Below, one piece after another: positions 1 through 9,375 of a DNA stretch of 64,000 bases. The notes beneath the pieces were generated by a model. That model was not told the DNA's origin and searched no databases. It saw only the letters and a program-made list of their open reading frames with translations. The DNA comes from an uncultured Acidobacteriota bacterium. Its GTDB lineage: Bacteria; Acidobacteriota; Thermoanaerobaculia; Multivoradales; UBA5704. The stretch spans positions 1,861,200 to 1,925,199 of the forward strand of contig OY969112.1 of assembly GCA_963698025.1 (NCBI GenBank), read 5' to 3'. The position numbers were made by a program, and so were the translations under genes. The stretch's first letter is position 1, and each line of letters starts with the position of its first letter.

Positions 1-43
1 GTCCTTGGCCTCGGGCCACGAGGGAGCGCCGGGATCCACCGGA

Positions 44-802
44 TCAGCCATGCCCCCTCCTCTTCTTCCTCTTTTTCTGATTCCCAGTCTCCGCCCCGTC
101 CCCCATCTCCTCCCCCGCGACGTCCGCGGCGTCCTTGTCGTCCTTTTCGTCCTCTCCCATCAACGGAGCCGCGTCGAGCACCGCCTGGCGCATTCCCGCG
201 TAGGTTCCGCAGCGGCAGAAGTTGCCGGAGAGCCCGTGATGAACATCCTTGATCGTGGGGCTGGGCGTGCGGTCGAGCAGGGCCTTGGCGGCCATCACGA
301 AGCCGGGGGTGCAGAAGCCGCACTGCTGGGCGTCGTGCTCCACGAAGGCGGCCTGCAGGGGGTGGAGCCTGGCCGGCCGGCCGAGGCTCTCGATGGTCCA
401 GATCGGCCGGTGCTGGACGTCGATGGCGAGCTGGCTGCAGGCGTAGACGGCCTTGCCGTCGAGGATCACGGTGCAGGCGCCGCAGGTGCCGCGGTCGCAG
501 ACGCGCTTGGCGCCGGTCAGCTCGAGCTCGTCGCGCAGGGCGTCGAGCAGGGTGGTGCGGGGCTCGAGCTTGAGGTCGTAGGCCTTGTCGTTGATCCGCA
601 GCCGCATCGGGACCGGCCCCGGCCCCCAGACCTCCATGCCATCTGGAGCCGGAGGTTGATTTTTCCTCGCCGCCTCCGCGATCTCGCCGGCGAGCAGCCC
701 GGCCGAGCCGAGCGCCCCGGCGACCGCGCCGCCGCGCAGAAAGGCGCGCCGGGAGATGCCGCCCGGCGGGGGGGAACCGTCCTCTTTGCCGTCCTTGGCC
801 AT
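44..802 (-). CDS. (2Fe-2S)-binding small subunit of a molybdopterin-dependent dehydrogenase (xanthine dehydrogenase / CO dehydrogenase CoxS-like family), Tat-exported
   Basis: There is a twin-arginine motif SRRAFLRGG. The two Cys clusters of the CoxS/XdhA Fe-S subunit are present (C-x-G-x-C-G-A-C ... C-G-F-C-T-P-G, C-R-C-G-T-Y). The C-terminus has an unusual charged low-complexity tail (DEKDDKD...KKRKKRRGHG). Confidence 0.8.
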   Translation of the reverse strand: MAKDGKEDGSPPPGGISRRAFLRGGAVAGALGSAGLLAGEIAEAARKNQPPAPDGMEVWGPGPVPMRLRINDKAYDLKLEPRTTLLDALRDELELTGAKRVCDRGTCGACTVILDGKAVYACSQLAIDVQHRPIWTIESLGRPARLHPLQAAFVEHDAQQCGFCTPGFVMAAKALLDRTPSPTIKDVHHGLSGNFCRCGTYAGMRQAVLDAAPLMGEDEKDDKDAADVAGEEMGDGAETGNQKKRKKRRGHG

Positions 803-939
803 CCGGAAGCTCCTGAAATCCGTCCGCTCGCCTCGAAGGTACCACAGACCCCCGGCCCCGAAAGGCAGGAAAAGGACGGGGCTCCGGCCAAGGCGCCGCG
901 AGCCCCGTCAACCGCCCGGGACCTGTGTGGGATTCAGTT

Positions 940-1370
940 GTCAAAGAGCCCGAAACCGTTCCGCGGGCTTCATTCCCCATCGCTCGAGCCTCATTCCCCA
1001 GGCCCCGAGCCCATTCCCCAGCGCCGGCACCCCATTCCCTGCGGGGAACGGAGCGCGAACGCCCCGCCGTATCGCATTCCCCACCCTTCGCCTCCCGCGA
1101 ACGCCGGGGAACGCTTCATTCCCCCGGCAAACGGGATCCTGGCAACGGGGAACGCCTCGCGCTCGCTCATTTGTATCATGCACATTACAGGGAACGGCTC
1201 ATTCCCCCTGGGGAATGTTCCGTGAACGCCGGGGAATGGGTCATTCACTCGCTCTTCCTTCTCGTTCCCCGGGGGGAAAGCGGCCCGACTCCCGGGGAAT
1301 GCGTCACGCAAACCACTCCGGAAGCCCCAGGCGCCCCCTCCAGGCGTCCTCCAAGACACCGCGGACCCGC
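940..1370. repeat. Array of at least 12 CATTCCCC / GGGGAA(T/C)G half-site repeats, several arranged as inverted repeats (GGGGAA-N7-TTCCCC, TTCCCCGGGGGGAA)
   Basis: Read directly in the sequence. The region is non-coding and lies upstream of the minus-strand Fe-S subunit gene and of a strong promoter at 1382. Confidence 0.55.
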
Positions 1371-1381
1371 GCTGAAGAGGC

Positions 1382-1410
1382 TTGACAACTCGTTCCCTGG
1401 TCTCTATTAT
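1382..1410 (+). promoter_or_regulatory. Near-consensus sigma-70 promoter (TTGACA, 17 nt spacer, TATTAT)
   Basis: TTGACA is at 1382-1387, a 17-nt spacer follows, and TATTAT is at 1405-1410. No convincing ORF lies downstream before the terminator. Confidence 0.4.
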
Positions 1411-1416
1411 ATGTAC

Positions 1417-1614
1417 ATCATCGTCATCTGTCCAGAGGCCTCCCACGAGGCGCTCCGCGGGCGGCGAAAGGGCCGGGGATGACCACGGATCGAAGGACTC
1501 CGCCGTCGTCGAGACCGCGGTCCGGCGATTCTCCCGAGGAACGGCCCGAGCTCTTGAACAATCGAAGCACCTTGCCGGGGGAACGGGAGCGGGGCCGTTC
1601 CCTCCGGCTTTTTC
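1417..1614 (+). ncRNA. Candidate ~200-nt small RNA bounded by a consensus promoter and an intrinsic terminator
   Basis: The transcript is predicted from the 1382 promoter to the GC hairpin plus U-tract at 1577-1614. The overlapping ORFs read through the terminator and are low-complexity. Confidence 0.3.
1577..1614 (+). terminator. Rho-independent terminator-like hairpin (GGGGGAACGG ... CCGTTCCCTCC followed by GGCTTTTT)
   Basis: A perfect 8-bp GC-rich stem with an 8-nt loop is followed by a T5 tract. Confidence 0.45.
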
Positions 1615-2255
1615 GTCGGGGTTCGCAGACCAAGGCTGGCCCGGTCGGACCGGTGCACCTAACGGAAACGGCCGGAGTTCCGAGGATGCCTGGAAAGTAG
1701 AGGTAGCCCTGCAGGAGCGGCGGTTGAGCAGCCTGGACTTCAAACCCAAGGTAGGGCCCAGCCCGATCCCCTCAAGCTTCCCAAGAGGGTGGCTTATCGC
1801 GGAGGATCGATTGCCCTTCGGGCCTGAATGATTCTGCGACTGGGCGATTGCTACGGACCGAGTTACGCCTCCGCTAGGCCAGGCGTTGGGGCCGTCTCCA
1901 AGGCTTCCCAAGCAAGGGTCGAGATCTTTGACAAGCGAAGTCCCTGGGCTGGTGAACAGGTGGGGCGTTACTTCTGCCCTCCCTCTGTCCACTACATATT
2001 ACAAGGCGACTACCCCGCATTCCTGCTTATTGACGGGTAGCGCTACAGGCTGTAACATTGTTTCTTCCATAAGAGAAACGCGTTGTGTTGACCTCGCTTA
2101 CCACCATATCTCTGCCTTACGGCGAGATGCAGTTATAGCGGAAGCTGCCTAACAGACAACCCAAGCGGTCGGCTTAACGTCAGTCATAAGATTATCCGTA
2201 CGAGAGGGCACACTCTTTGCACAAACCACGCATTCGCCACTCTGAAAGGAAATTA

Positions 2256-5200
2256 TTGATCCCGCATATCAAACTTTATGCGGCGATTCTGCTACTCGCT
2301 CTTCCAGCATTGGCACAAACGAGCGGCCTCCCTACATTTCCCAAGCGCTCTGGATATTGGATGAAGCCTATCTCAGAGCAGCTCGGCGTGTGCGATGGCG
2401 GCTCAGTGGCTTGGGCGCAAAGATCGGGGGATCAATATTCAAAGGAACTCGAACTCGTCGACAACGTCGGACGAGTGGTTAACCGATGGACTTTCCCCCT
2501 CTCAATTCGGGATTTTTATCGCACATCTAATTGCACCACTTCATGGGTTCTTTCACGAGATCGTCGCCATATCTTCATTGTAAACAGCTTAACCGATCGG
2601 GAACCCATACCTCTCGCCAATGGGAATGGGATAGATGAAGTACGGCGACTCATTCCAGCTGACGACGGGAGCTTCGCCTGGGTCTATTTCGAAACCCGCA
2701 AACCAGACATCGCTATTGCCATTCGGAGCCCTCAGGGAATCGTATTGCAGGAGATATCAGGGATTCCACCCGACCTGGAGAGTCAAGATTATTCCGCCAT
2801 AGCACAAGGTAAACGACTCCTGGCTATACCCGTCAGAGGAGTAGGGATCTACTTCATAGAGGCGTCGGGTGCCCACAACATTAGCAAGAAAGATCTTTCT
2901 AATGTTTATAGTACTAACACAGGAGAATTGGCTTGGCTTATACCCAGGCTCGATAAGGGCGTATATCTCGTCGATGGCACCGGTCGCCCTCTTAATCAGG
3001 GCGCGCCTTTACTGAAAGATGAGGACGTAGTCCAGGTCTACTCGCGTTTCCGCGAGAGAGACTCGTATGCCTGGGTGCGAACCCAGAGCGATAGACTGTA
3101 CGCATTTGCGCCGATAGAAACTCCTCAAGGTTGGGCGATTCGGCCTCTCAACCATGGACATCCGGTGGCAATCGGCGCACAAACTCTCGCGGTAGATCTC
3201 GCCAGAGTAATTGGTTCAGGGCGAGTGGCTTGGGTGACTTCACAAAGCCGCTTTGCTCCGCCAGGTGCATGGGGAGATATTTATCGTGTCGAGGTCCAAG
3301 GAGACGACATAGCAGTGTCTTCGGTGCCGCGTCAGTACTTTGAAGGTAAGTCCGTCAACACTCTTTTTTGGGACCTTGAAAACCCTTGGCGCTTCTGGGC
3401 CAGGAGCCCAGACCTGTGCCTCTATGAAGTAAGACTACATCCCCAGGGAAAGTCTGAACCTGGTACGGAAGCAGAGCCTGCAAAGGTCTTTGACCACCAC
3501 TCTTCCTGTGTGCTTGTGGAGCAAATTATACCGAGCGGAATTCCTAGTCGATATTGGATCAATGCGACCCCCTCATATTATCTCATGGGGCCAGCCAACG
3601 ACATAACTGAAGCCATAGTCAGCCTGGGGCATGCCAGATTGAGCCTCAAGACCCCCAGAGGGCATCGACTACGCTTCGCAATGCGTGAAGGCTCTTCAAT
3701 CCATGCCAGCCTGAACTGGCCTACCCGTGATGACCATCTAATGGACATGAACCCTGAGACGTCTCGGGAGCGTCCGCGGATCCATATAACGTTCCTTGAC
3801 CCTAGGGATCATCAATCCACTCCTCGAGCCGAAGGTGAAGGGTTCGCAGACAAGGGAGAAGCCAGCATCCTTCTACACACGAACGGAAGCTCACATTGGA
3901 ATGAGACCTATGATATTCAACTTGAATATCACGATCCGCAGACACTGACCAACTTTCGGATACTTTGGCCTGGAGTGACTCTCGCTCCAACATTATACGA
4001 GTTGGTTACTGCGAGCCCTTACTGGAAAGCCCTGTGGCTCCTCGCTCTTCCCATCTTTGCACTACTGCTCGCCATTAATAAGAGTTGGCGGGTTCGACGC
4101 TGGATTCCAGTAGCCGTATCAGCAATTGAGGTACTTATAGCTAGCCGACTCCCAGAACCGATCAAGACAACCCCCTTAGAATTACTTAGCGTCGCAGCAT
4201 GCTGCTCCCTTACAATGCTCCTAGCAGGCCTAGCCTCTCCAGCTTTATTCCGTGAGCTTGCATTGATTCAGCCGTTCCGTCTTCTAGTACCTGCCGCGCT
4301 TCAGTTGCCGCGCTTGCGGCGCCGGGTATGGAAGTCCTACGTAAAAAATGTCCGCATGCTTCTGCAAATTTTTCGAGAAGACGCAAGTAACGAGACCTAC
4401 GTCCCTCTGGCCACTTCGGTAGTTGGCAGCCGACCACCACAAGGATCTTCGGTCGGCTCACAAGCTGACGTGAAAAGCATCGTAACTGTTCTCTCCGCTA
4501 AAGATCCACAACACAGAGCTACTATCCTGATAGAGGCTCCAGGTGGCCGTGGTAAGAGTGCACTCTGGAACGAGCTTTTGGCACGCTGCCTGGATGCTTT
4601 TGAGAATGATCCGCTATGCCCTCTTCCAGTGATTGGTGACCCTCGATGCAGTACTGTAGAGTCGATGGTTGAGTCTGGACTTGGCCGTTTTGGCATCTCG
4701 CCGGACATAACTGCGGCGCAACTAAAGTCCGGCGAGTTCGTTGTCTTCATTGACAATTTGAGCAGCTGTGACCTAGCACCAGCTGATCTTGAGACCTTCT
4801 TTAGAGCTGGCGGGGATAAAACTCGGCTCTGCTTAACCAACCGACCTGATAAAGAATGGCGCGGGCCCGTACGCAGGGCTGACACGTGGATCATTGTTGA
4901 ACCGGAACGACTATCTGATTCTTCTATTTGGGGCTTCGTCGACAATTATGCAATTACTGATGCCATACGAATGAATCGAGATGCAGAGTCCTATACCAAA
5001 CTGGTCAGAGAGAAAGTGGAGAAGTTCCTACCCATCTGCCGCTCAGAGGATGGTTCTTACCTACCACTCTTGGTTCGGCTTTGCACATTGGCCATCGAGC
5101 GTGATATTAGTTCTATTGATGATATTTATCTGAGCGCATTAAGGCGCTTATTAACCCGAAAAGATGCCATGAGCAATCTCGATGTCGAGCGGGTTCTCGT

Positions 5201-5843
5201 CGAAGCAGAGCAAATTGGCATTGAAACCTACTGGCACGAGCACGATCGGCTCTTCCGGTTCGAGCGCACAACACCGGAGCGTACGCAAATAATGCGAGAA
5301 CTGCTCCAAGCAGGCGTAGTAGTGGGGGCAGATCGCACCAAGAGGCTAAACGAGGAGCCCAAACAAGTTCGTTTCTTTCACGACTCTGTTCAGTCCTATC
5401 TTGTTGCACGAGGTCTCCACCGGGCGGGCGATTGGGAATGCTTTCTCCAAGCCGCTGGCGATCCATTCTTCTGCCGAGCGGCTTCGGATTTTATCGGTGG
5501 CACAGGGTCAGAATTATTTCAGATGTGTCTTTATGTTTTTGAAGCAAGCCGTGTTCGCCGACATCTGATCGAAGATTTGCTGAGTTGGGCGGGATGCTAT
5601 TGGGCCACCCTTTCGATTGATGATGTACTCGTCGGATTAACCGAGGAATCGCAAGCCGCAGTTGAAAGGCGTATCTCCACCCTAGTCGGAGCAGGTGAGT
5701 ACCTGCGGATTGCCGTGGAGGTGGTTGCTGCAGAGGACATGCAAGAAGACGGCACTGTTCGACTTGGTCGACTTTATGCAAAGCTTGCCCCAAAAGTGTG
5801 GCAACGAACTTGCGTTGAGGAGAATCGCAACGAAGTTGCTTAA
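2256..5843 (+). CDS. Large membrane-anchored STAND-class (NACHT/NB-ARC-like) P-loop NTPase with an N-terminal periplasmic domain; low-GC, probably horizontally acquired
   Basis: The most plausible start is TTG 2256, with an AGGA ribosome-binding site 5 nt upstream. Alternative starts are TTG 2217 and ATG 2359. A signal peptide (IPHIKLYAAILLLALPALA-QTSG) leads into roughly 560 aa of periplasmic sequence. Two to three transmembrane helices follow (WLLALPIFALLLAI ... SVAACCSLTMLLAGLA). The cytoplasmic part has a Walker A motif APGGRGKSAL, a Walker B motif FVVFIDNL and a TRLCLTNR sensor-like motif, then about 500 aa of helical sequence. GC content is markedly lower than the flanking DNA. Confidence 0.8.
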   Translation: MIPHIKLYAAILLLALPALAQTSGLPTFPKRSGYWMKPISEQLGVCDGGSVAWAQRSGDQYSKELELVDNVGRVVNRWTFPLSIRDFYRTSNCTTSWVLSRDRRHIFIVNSLTDREPIPLANGNGIDEVRRLIPADDGSFAWVYFETRKPDIAIAIRSPQGIVLQEISGIPPDLESQDYSAIAQGKRLLAIPVRGVGIYFIEASGAHNISKKDLSNVYSTNTGELAWLIPRLDKGVYLVDGTGRPLNQGAPLLKDEDVVQVYSRFRERDSYAWVRTQSDRLYAFAPIETPQGWAIRPLNHGHPVAIGAQTLAVDLARVIGSGRVAWVTSQSRFAPPGAWGDIYRVEVQGDDIAVSSVPRQYFEGKSVNTLFWDLENPWRFWARSPDLCLYEVRLHPQGKSEPGTEAEPAKVFDHHSSCVLVEQIIPSGIPSRYWINATPSYYLMGPANDITEAIVSLGHARLSLKTPRGHRLRFAMREGSSIHASLNWPTRDDHLMDMNPETSRERPRIHITFLDPRDHQSTPRAEGEGFADKGEASILLHTNGSSHWNETYDIQLEYHDPQTLTNFRILWPGVTLAPTLYELVTASPYWKALWLLALPIFALLLAINKSWRVRRWIPVAVSAIEVLIASRLPEPIKTTPLELLSVAACCSLTMLLAGLASPALFRELALIQPFRLLVPAALQLPRLRRRVWKSYVKNVRMLLQIFREDASNETYVPLATSVVGSRPPQGSSVGSQADVKSIVTVLSAKDPQHRATILIEAPGGRGKSALWNELLARCLDAFENDPLCPLPVIGDPRCSTVESMVESGLGRFGISPDITAAQLKSGEFVVFIDNLSSCDLAPADLETFFRAGGDKTRLCLTNRPDKEWRGPVRRADTWIIVEPERLSDSSIWGFVDNYAITDAIRMNRDAESYTKLVREKVEKFLPICRSEDGSYLPLLVRLCTLAIERDISSIDDIYLSALRRLLTRKDAMSNLDVERVLVEAEQIGIETYWHEHDRLFRFERTTPERTQIMRELLQAGVVVGADRTKRLNEEPKQVRFFHDSVQSYLVARGLHRAGDWECFLQAAGDPFFCRAASDFIGGTGSELFQMCLYVFEASRVRRHLIEDLLSWAGCYWATLSIDDVLVGLTEESQAAVERRISTLVGAGEYLRIAVEVVAAEDMQEDGTVRLGRLYAKLAPKVWQRTCVEENRNEVA

Positions 5844-6133
5844 ATCACTCCGGCACCCGGGGCAGAAAGATCCAGTGTGAAGGCTCATGGGAAGCCAATC
5901 ATGGATTCCGGTCCTGCTCCAGCTCTCAGCCTGCCAGGTTCCGTGGTGGCTCAAGGGCCAACACCGTGCGGGCAAGGGTACATTGTCGCATTGAACCAGG
6001 GAGTACGTAACGCTACAGACGCGGCGGGAGGACACCCCAACGCTGAACGGCAGAAGAACGGTCAGCCAAAGGGAGTCCTCCTGAGCGCGATCAGATTATT
6101 TTCACTCATCACGATCATAGGCTCGGTGAGTGA

Positions 6134-6250
6134 CAGAGCCTGCAGCATGTGACCGACGGTAGCTATGTTAATAGCCATCTTGACGACACGGTTTATCGTC
6201 CCGGCCCAACAGAGTATCATTGTGCGACCTACGACTGCGGGAACGCCTGA
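6134..6250 (+). pseudogene. Decayed paralog of the RiPP precursor at 9211: the core peptide is retained and the leader is degraded
   Basis: It encodes ...VTDGSYVNSHLDDTVYRPGPTEYHCATYDCGNA. Precursor A encodes ...VTGGAVNSYINDTVYRPAPTEYRCATDGCGYA. There is an in-frame stop immediately upstream and no leader or start codon. A conserved downstream module of about 90 bp is shared with the 9377-9470 region. Confidence 0.45.
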
Positions 6251-6399
6251 TCCTCCTGCCGGGAGTGGACCGGTGACCCACGAATAGCTCCCTTCCGATC
6301 CGGCGAAGGTCGTGGATCGGCGAAACGCCCCTCCTCCGACCTTCGCCTCTGTCACGAATTCGATCCCTGCAAGGATTAGAGCGTCCCTGCCGTCGCGGC

Positions 6400-7560
6400 T
6401 CAGTCGACCTTCTTGCCCGCTTCGAGCTGCTGGATCAGATCTTTCAGGTTGTTGCGGCTGGCGTCGTTCGGGGCCTGGGGCAGGGCGAGCCGGGCCTCGG
6501 CCAGGGCTTCCTTGCTGCGTCCCAGCGCGGCGTAGCCGCGGGCGAGCCCGACGTGCACCGGCCAGGCGTCGGGATGGCGCCTGGCGTTGAGCTGGAAGAT
6601 CTTCAGCGCCTCCTCGGGCTTCTTGTCGGCCAGGAGCTGGCGGCCGTAGAGATGGAGGTCCATGGCCTGGGCGGTGGGATGGTTGAGCGCCCGGTCCATG
6701 GTTTTGGCACCCTCGGCGGCGTGGCCGTTGAGGGTCTGGAGCTGCGCGAGCAGGGTGAGGGTGGTGAAGTTCTCCTGGCCGCTCTGGGCCGGATCGGTCG
6801 CGTTCCGGGCCCAGGTCTGGGCCTCTTCCAGGTCGATCTTGTTCTGCCGGCAGAAGTCCGCGGCGGCGACCCAGTTCTGCCAGGAGAAGCCGGCGCTGGA
6901 ACGCAGCTCGCGGCGCAGATTGTCGACGTAGAGCTGGTTGGCGTTGTCGACGGTGATCGCGATGGGGACCGCCAGGTTCTCCCACTTCAGCGCCACCGTG
7001 GCCTTGTCGTTCCGCCGCTCGGGGAACTCATAGGCCAGGACCTCGTGGTAGTCGCTCGGCTCGGGCTTCACCTTGACCCGCAGCGCATCCTCTTTGGCGT
7101 CGTAGAAGAAGCTCCCCCAGGACGTGGAGTTGCGGGAGAAGATGACCGTCCACTCGTCCTTGCCGGGAAGGAAGTGGAGCCCGTAGGAGCCGGCCGGCAG
7201 CGGCTGACCCTCGACCTTGATGTCGTGGGAGGTGGTGAAGACGGTGTTCTCGTTGGCGCCACCCCGCCAGGGGCACTGGTCGCCGCAGGTTCCGAAGCCG
7301 AGGCTGGCCATCCCGTAGGGGACGAGCTGCCCCCAGATCTTCCCCTTCCGGTCCTCGCCGAGCGGGCTGTGGACGTGGGGGCTGCTGTAATCGACGCTGA
7401 CGTGGACGAGGCCGATCTGCTGGATGACGGTCTGCCGCTCGTTGCCGCCGCTGGGAGGCAGCGTGACGCCGGGGGACTGGGCCGCGGCGGAGCCGGCGAG
7501 GCCGAGGGCGGCGACGACGGCGAGGGCCGTGGTGAGGCGAGACAGGGGGAAGCGGATCAT
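6400..7560 (-). CDS. Secreted DUF2911-like protein with C-terminal TPR repeats
   Basis: The start is ATG 7560, giving the signal peptide MIRFPLSRLTTALAVVAALGLAGSAAA. The ORF upstream of that Met is not part of the gene. The C-terminus has TPR-like helical repeats (EEALKIFQL..., GRSKEALAEARLAL). Confidence 0.75.
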   Translation of the reverse strand: MIRFPLSRLTTALAVVAALGLAGSAAAQSPGVTLPPSGGNERQTVIQQIGLVHVSVDYSSPHVHSPLGEDRKGKIWGQLVPYGMASLGFGTCGDQCPWRGGANENTVFTTSHDIKVEGQPLPAGSYGLHFLPGKDEWTVIFSRNSTSWGSFFYDAKEDALRVKVKPEPSDYHEVLAYEFPERRNDKATVALKWENLAVPIAITVDNANQLYVDNLRRELRSSAGFSWQNWVAAADFCRQNKIDLEEAQTWARNATDPAQSGQENFTTLTLLAQLQTLNGHAAEGAKTMDRALNHPTAQAMDLHLYGRQLLADKKPEEALKIFQLNARRHPDAWPVHVGLARGYAALGRSKEALAEARLALPQAPNDASRNNLKDLIQQLEAGKKVD

Positions 7561-7633
7561 GGGGCTCTCCTTGGAACGGTTGAGTTGCTTCCGGCAGCTA
7601 CGCAGGACGGCGTCGAAAGTTCGCGGGGACAGG

Positions 7634-8016
7634 CATGGCCGCGCGGCGAGATCTCGAGCGTCGGGTCGACGGCCGAAGCGCTGGAGCTGTTCGGCGAGCG
7701 AACGGGAGCGTTCGAAGCGAGCTATCGGCAGGCGATCACGCCGGTGCTTCGCCTCGGCCGGTGGACGGCGGTTTGCACCATCTATAACGGGAACCTTCCG
7801 GACCCGCGGCAGGCACGGACCGCCCGGGTGGCCCTGATGTTCAACGATGTGATCTTCAGGGTCGCGCTCGAGCATCGGCTCCCGGTCATCGACCTGCGAC
7901 TCGTCTGCACAGAGCCCGAGGATTACGCCAATCCCATCGAGCCCTCTGGACGTGGAGGCGCGAAGATCTCCCGCGCCATCGCTCAGGCGACAGGCATCTC
8001 GAGCTCTCCGGTCTGA
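7634..8016 (+). pseudogene. Possible 3' remnant of an SGNH/GDSL-type hydrolase gene
   Basis: A C-terminal-like segment (...VIDLRLVCTEPEDYANPIEPSGRGGAKISRAIAQ) resembles the D-x-x-H block region of SGNH hydrolases, but the His is replaced. There is no N-terminal part, and the upstream region is occupied by the start of the DUF2911 gene. Confidence 0.25.
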
Positions 8017-8441
8017 AGCCGTCCACGACCGCCGACGGGGCGGGGTGGTGGCGGTCCTCTCGGAGGACGGAAAGTCGCTCCGCAACATCGGCTTCAAAGA
8101 GGTCTCGATAGACACCGAAGAGGCGTGGCGCGAGTACCCCGTCGACTCGCCGGTGCCGTCGCCGAGGCCGCCAGGCTCCGCGAGCCGATCATCGTCACTA
8201 CGGTCGAGGAGCGCCGGAGGTAACCCCTTCCATCCATGCCCCTATCTCTCTATTTCGCTGCTTCCTTAGCATGCTAGCGAATGATGTACCTGATCAGGTA
8301 TTTGTTATAGACTTAGCGGCTGCCAAGAAATCAAAGCAAAGGAGCCAGGGGAGTCTCCCCAGCTTGCGAATCTCCTGAGCTCGGGATGAGGCCGAGAAGG
8401 CTACACAATCGATATAAATAAGAGAGGTTGGGGGCAAAATC

Positions 8442-9097
8442 ATGCGCTCACGATTACCGCAAGATGGACGCTTTACCGCCTATCCTTCGGCTTTTCTGGC
8501 CATCTTCCTGCTGACCCTGGCGCTGCCCGCGGCCGCGGCCGAGACGTGGTTGCCGGGACCGAACCCGCGGGCAGCGCGGCGATCTTGAGCGGCGGCGCCA
8601 CCCCGACGCCGAGCTTTCTCGCCGACCGGCCAGGCGCCTACATCGCCGAGCTCGTGGTGACCGATGAAGACGGCCAGGCCAGCAATGTCGATCAGGTTAC
8701 GGTGTCCGGCAACGGAGCCCCGACGGCGGGAGCGCAGGCGAGCGACACCCAGGTCAAAGTGGGGACCTCCATCGTGCTCGACGCGACGAGCAGCGCCGAT
8801 CCCGAGAACGATTCGCTGACGTATCAGTGGACGCTCTCCAAGGCGCCACCCGGCAGCGCGGCGATCCTCACCCAGGCCGGGACCGCGCTGGCAACCCTGG
8901 TCCCCGACGTCCCGGGCGACTACGAGGTGACCCTCACCGTCAGCGATTTCCTGGGTGCCGGCACCCCCGTGCGCCTGGCGATCACCGCAGCCCCTATCCT
9001 CGCCGCGGAGATCTCGGTCACCTCGAAGGAGGGAGCCCTGCTTTTTGCCACGCTCCTGACGATCGCGGCTCTGGGCCTGCTGCGCCGCGCGGGCTGA
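8442..9097 (+). pseudogene. Frameshifted secreted PKD/Ig-like repeat protein
   Basis: A signal peptide (MRSRLPQDGRFTAYPSAFLAIFLLTLALPAAAAE) is read in one frame and stops at about 8588. PKD-like repeats (DSLTYQWTL...PGDYEVTLTVSD) run in another frame from 8546 to 9097 and end in a hydrophobic tail (LLFATLLTIAALGLLRRAG). Confidence 0.45.
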
Positions 9098-9210
9098 AGG
9101 ATCGACACGCGCACAGGCCGCGAGCCCCTCATTTCGCGGGAGACTCACCGCTTCTCGCGTGTTACAGTTTTGCTTGCGCCGATGGACGGCGTTCAAGAAG
9201 GAGGTTCGAC

Positions 9211-9375
9211 TTGAAGAAGCAGACGAAGATCCAGAAGCTCGTGCTCAAGAAGGAAACGATGGTCAGCTTGCAGGATGTGACCGGCGGCGCTGTTAATAGC
9301 TATATCAACGACACGGTTTATCGTCCCGCCCCGACAGAGTATCGGTGTGCGACCGACGGCTGCGGGTACGCCTGA
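9211..9375 (+). CDS. RiPP / bacteriocin-like precursor peptide A with a double-glycine leader (54 aa)
   Basis: The ribosome-binding site AAGGAGG is 7 nt upstream of a TTG start. The leader is LKKQTKIQKLVLKKETMVSLQDVTGG and the core is AVNSYINDTVYRPAPTEYRCATDGCGYA. The leader motif is shared with the peptides at 54515 and 57872. Confidence 0.6.
   Translation: MKKQTKIQKLVLKKETMVSLQDVTGGAVNSYINDTVYRPAPTEYRCATDGCGYA

Noticed and set aside
1480-2216. A tmRNA, tRNA or RNase P RNA gene as the integration site for the low-GC island.
   Set aside because: The region starts with GGGG and contains structured GC stretches. I found no T-loop (GGTTCGAATCC-like) sequence, no tag-peptide reading frame (ANDENYALAA-like), no CCA-proximal acceptor pairing and no RNase P P4 consensus. 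Only the promoter-terminator bounded sRNA candidate is retained.
5877-6152. A 91-aa ORF directly after the STAND gene.
   Set aside because: It has no ribosome-binding site and no recognisable fold. It overlaps the decayed leader region of the peptide remnant in another frame. It is retained only as a weak possibility and not listed as a feature.
8827-9375. The 182-aa ORF 8827-9375 as one protein.
   Set aside because: Only its last 54 codons, from TTG 9211 with a strong ribosome-binding site, form a coherent small peptide gene. The upstream part is an antisense-like Arg/Pro-rich frame that overlaps the PKD pseudogene.
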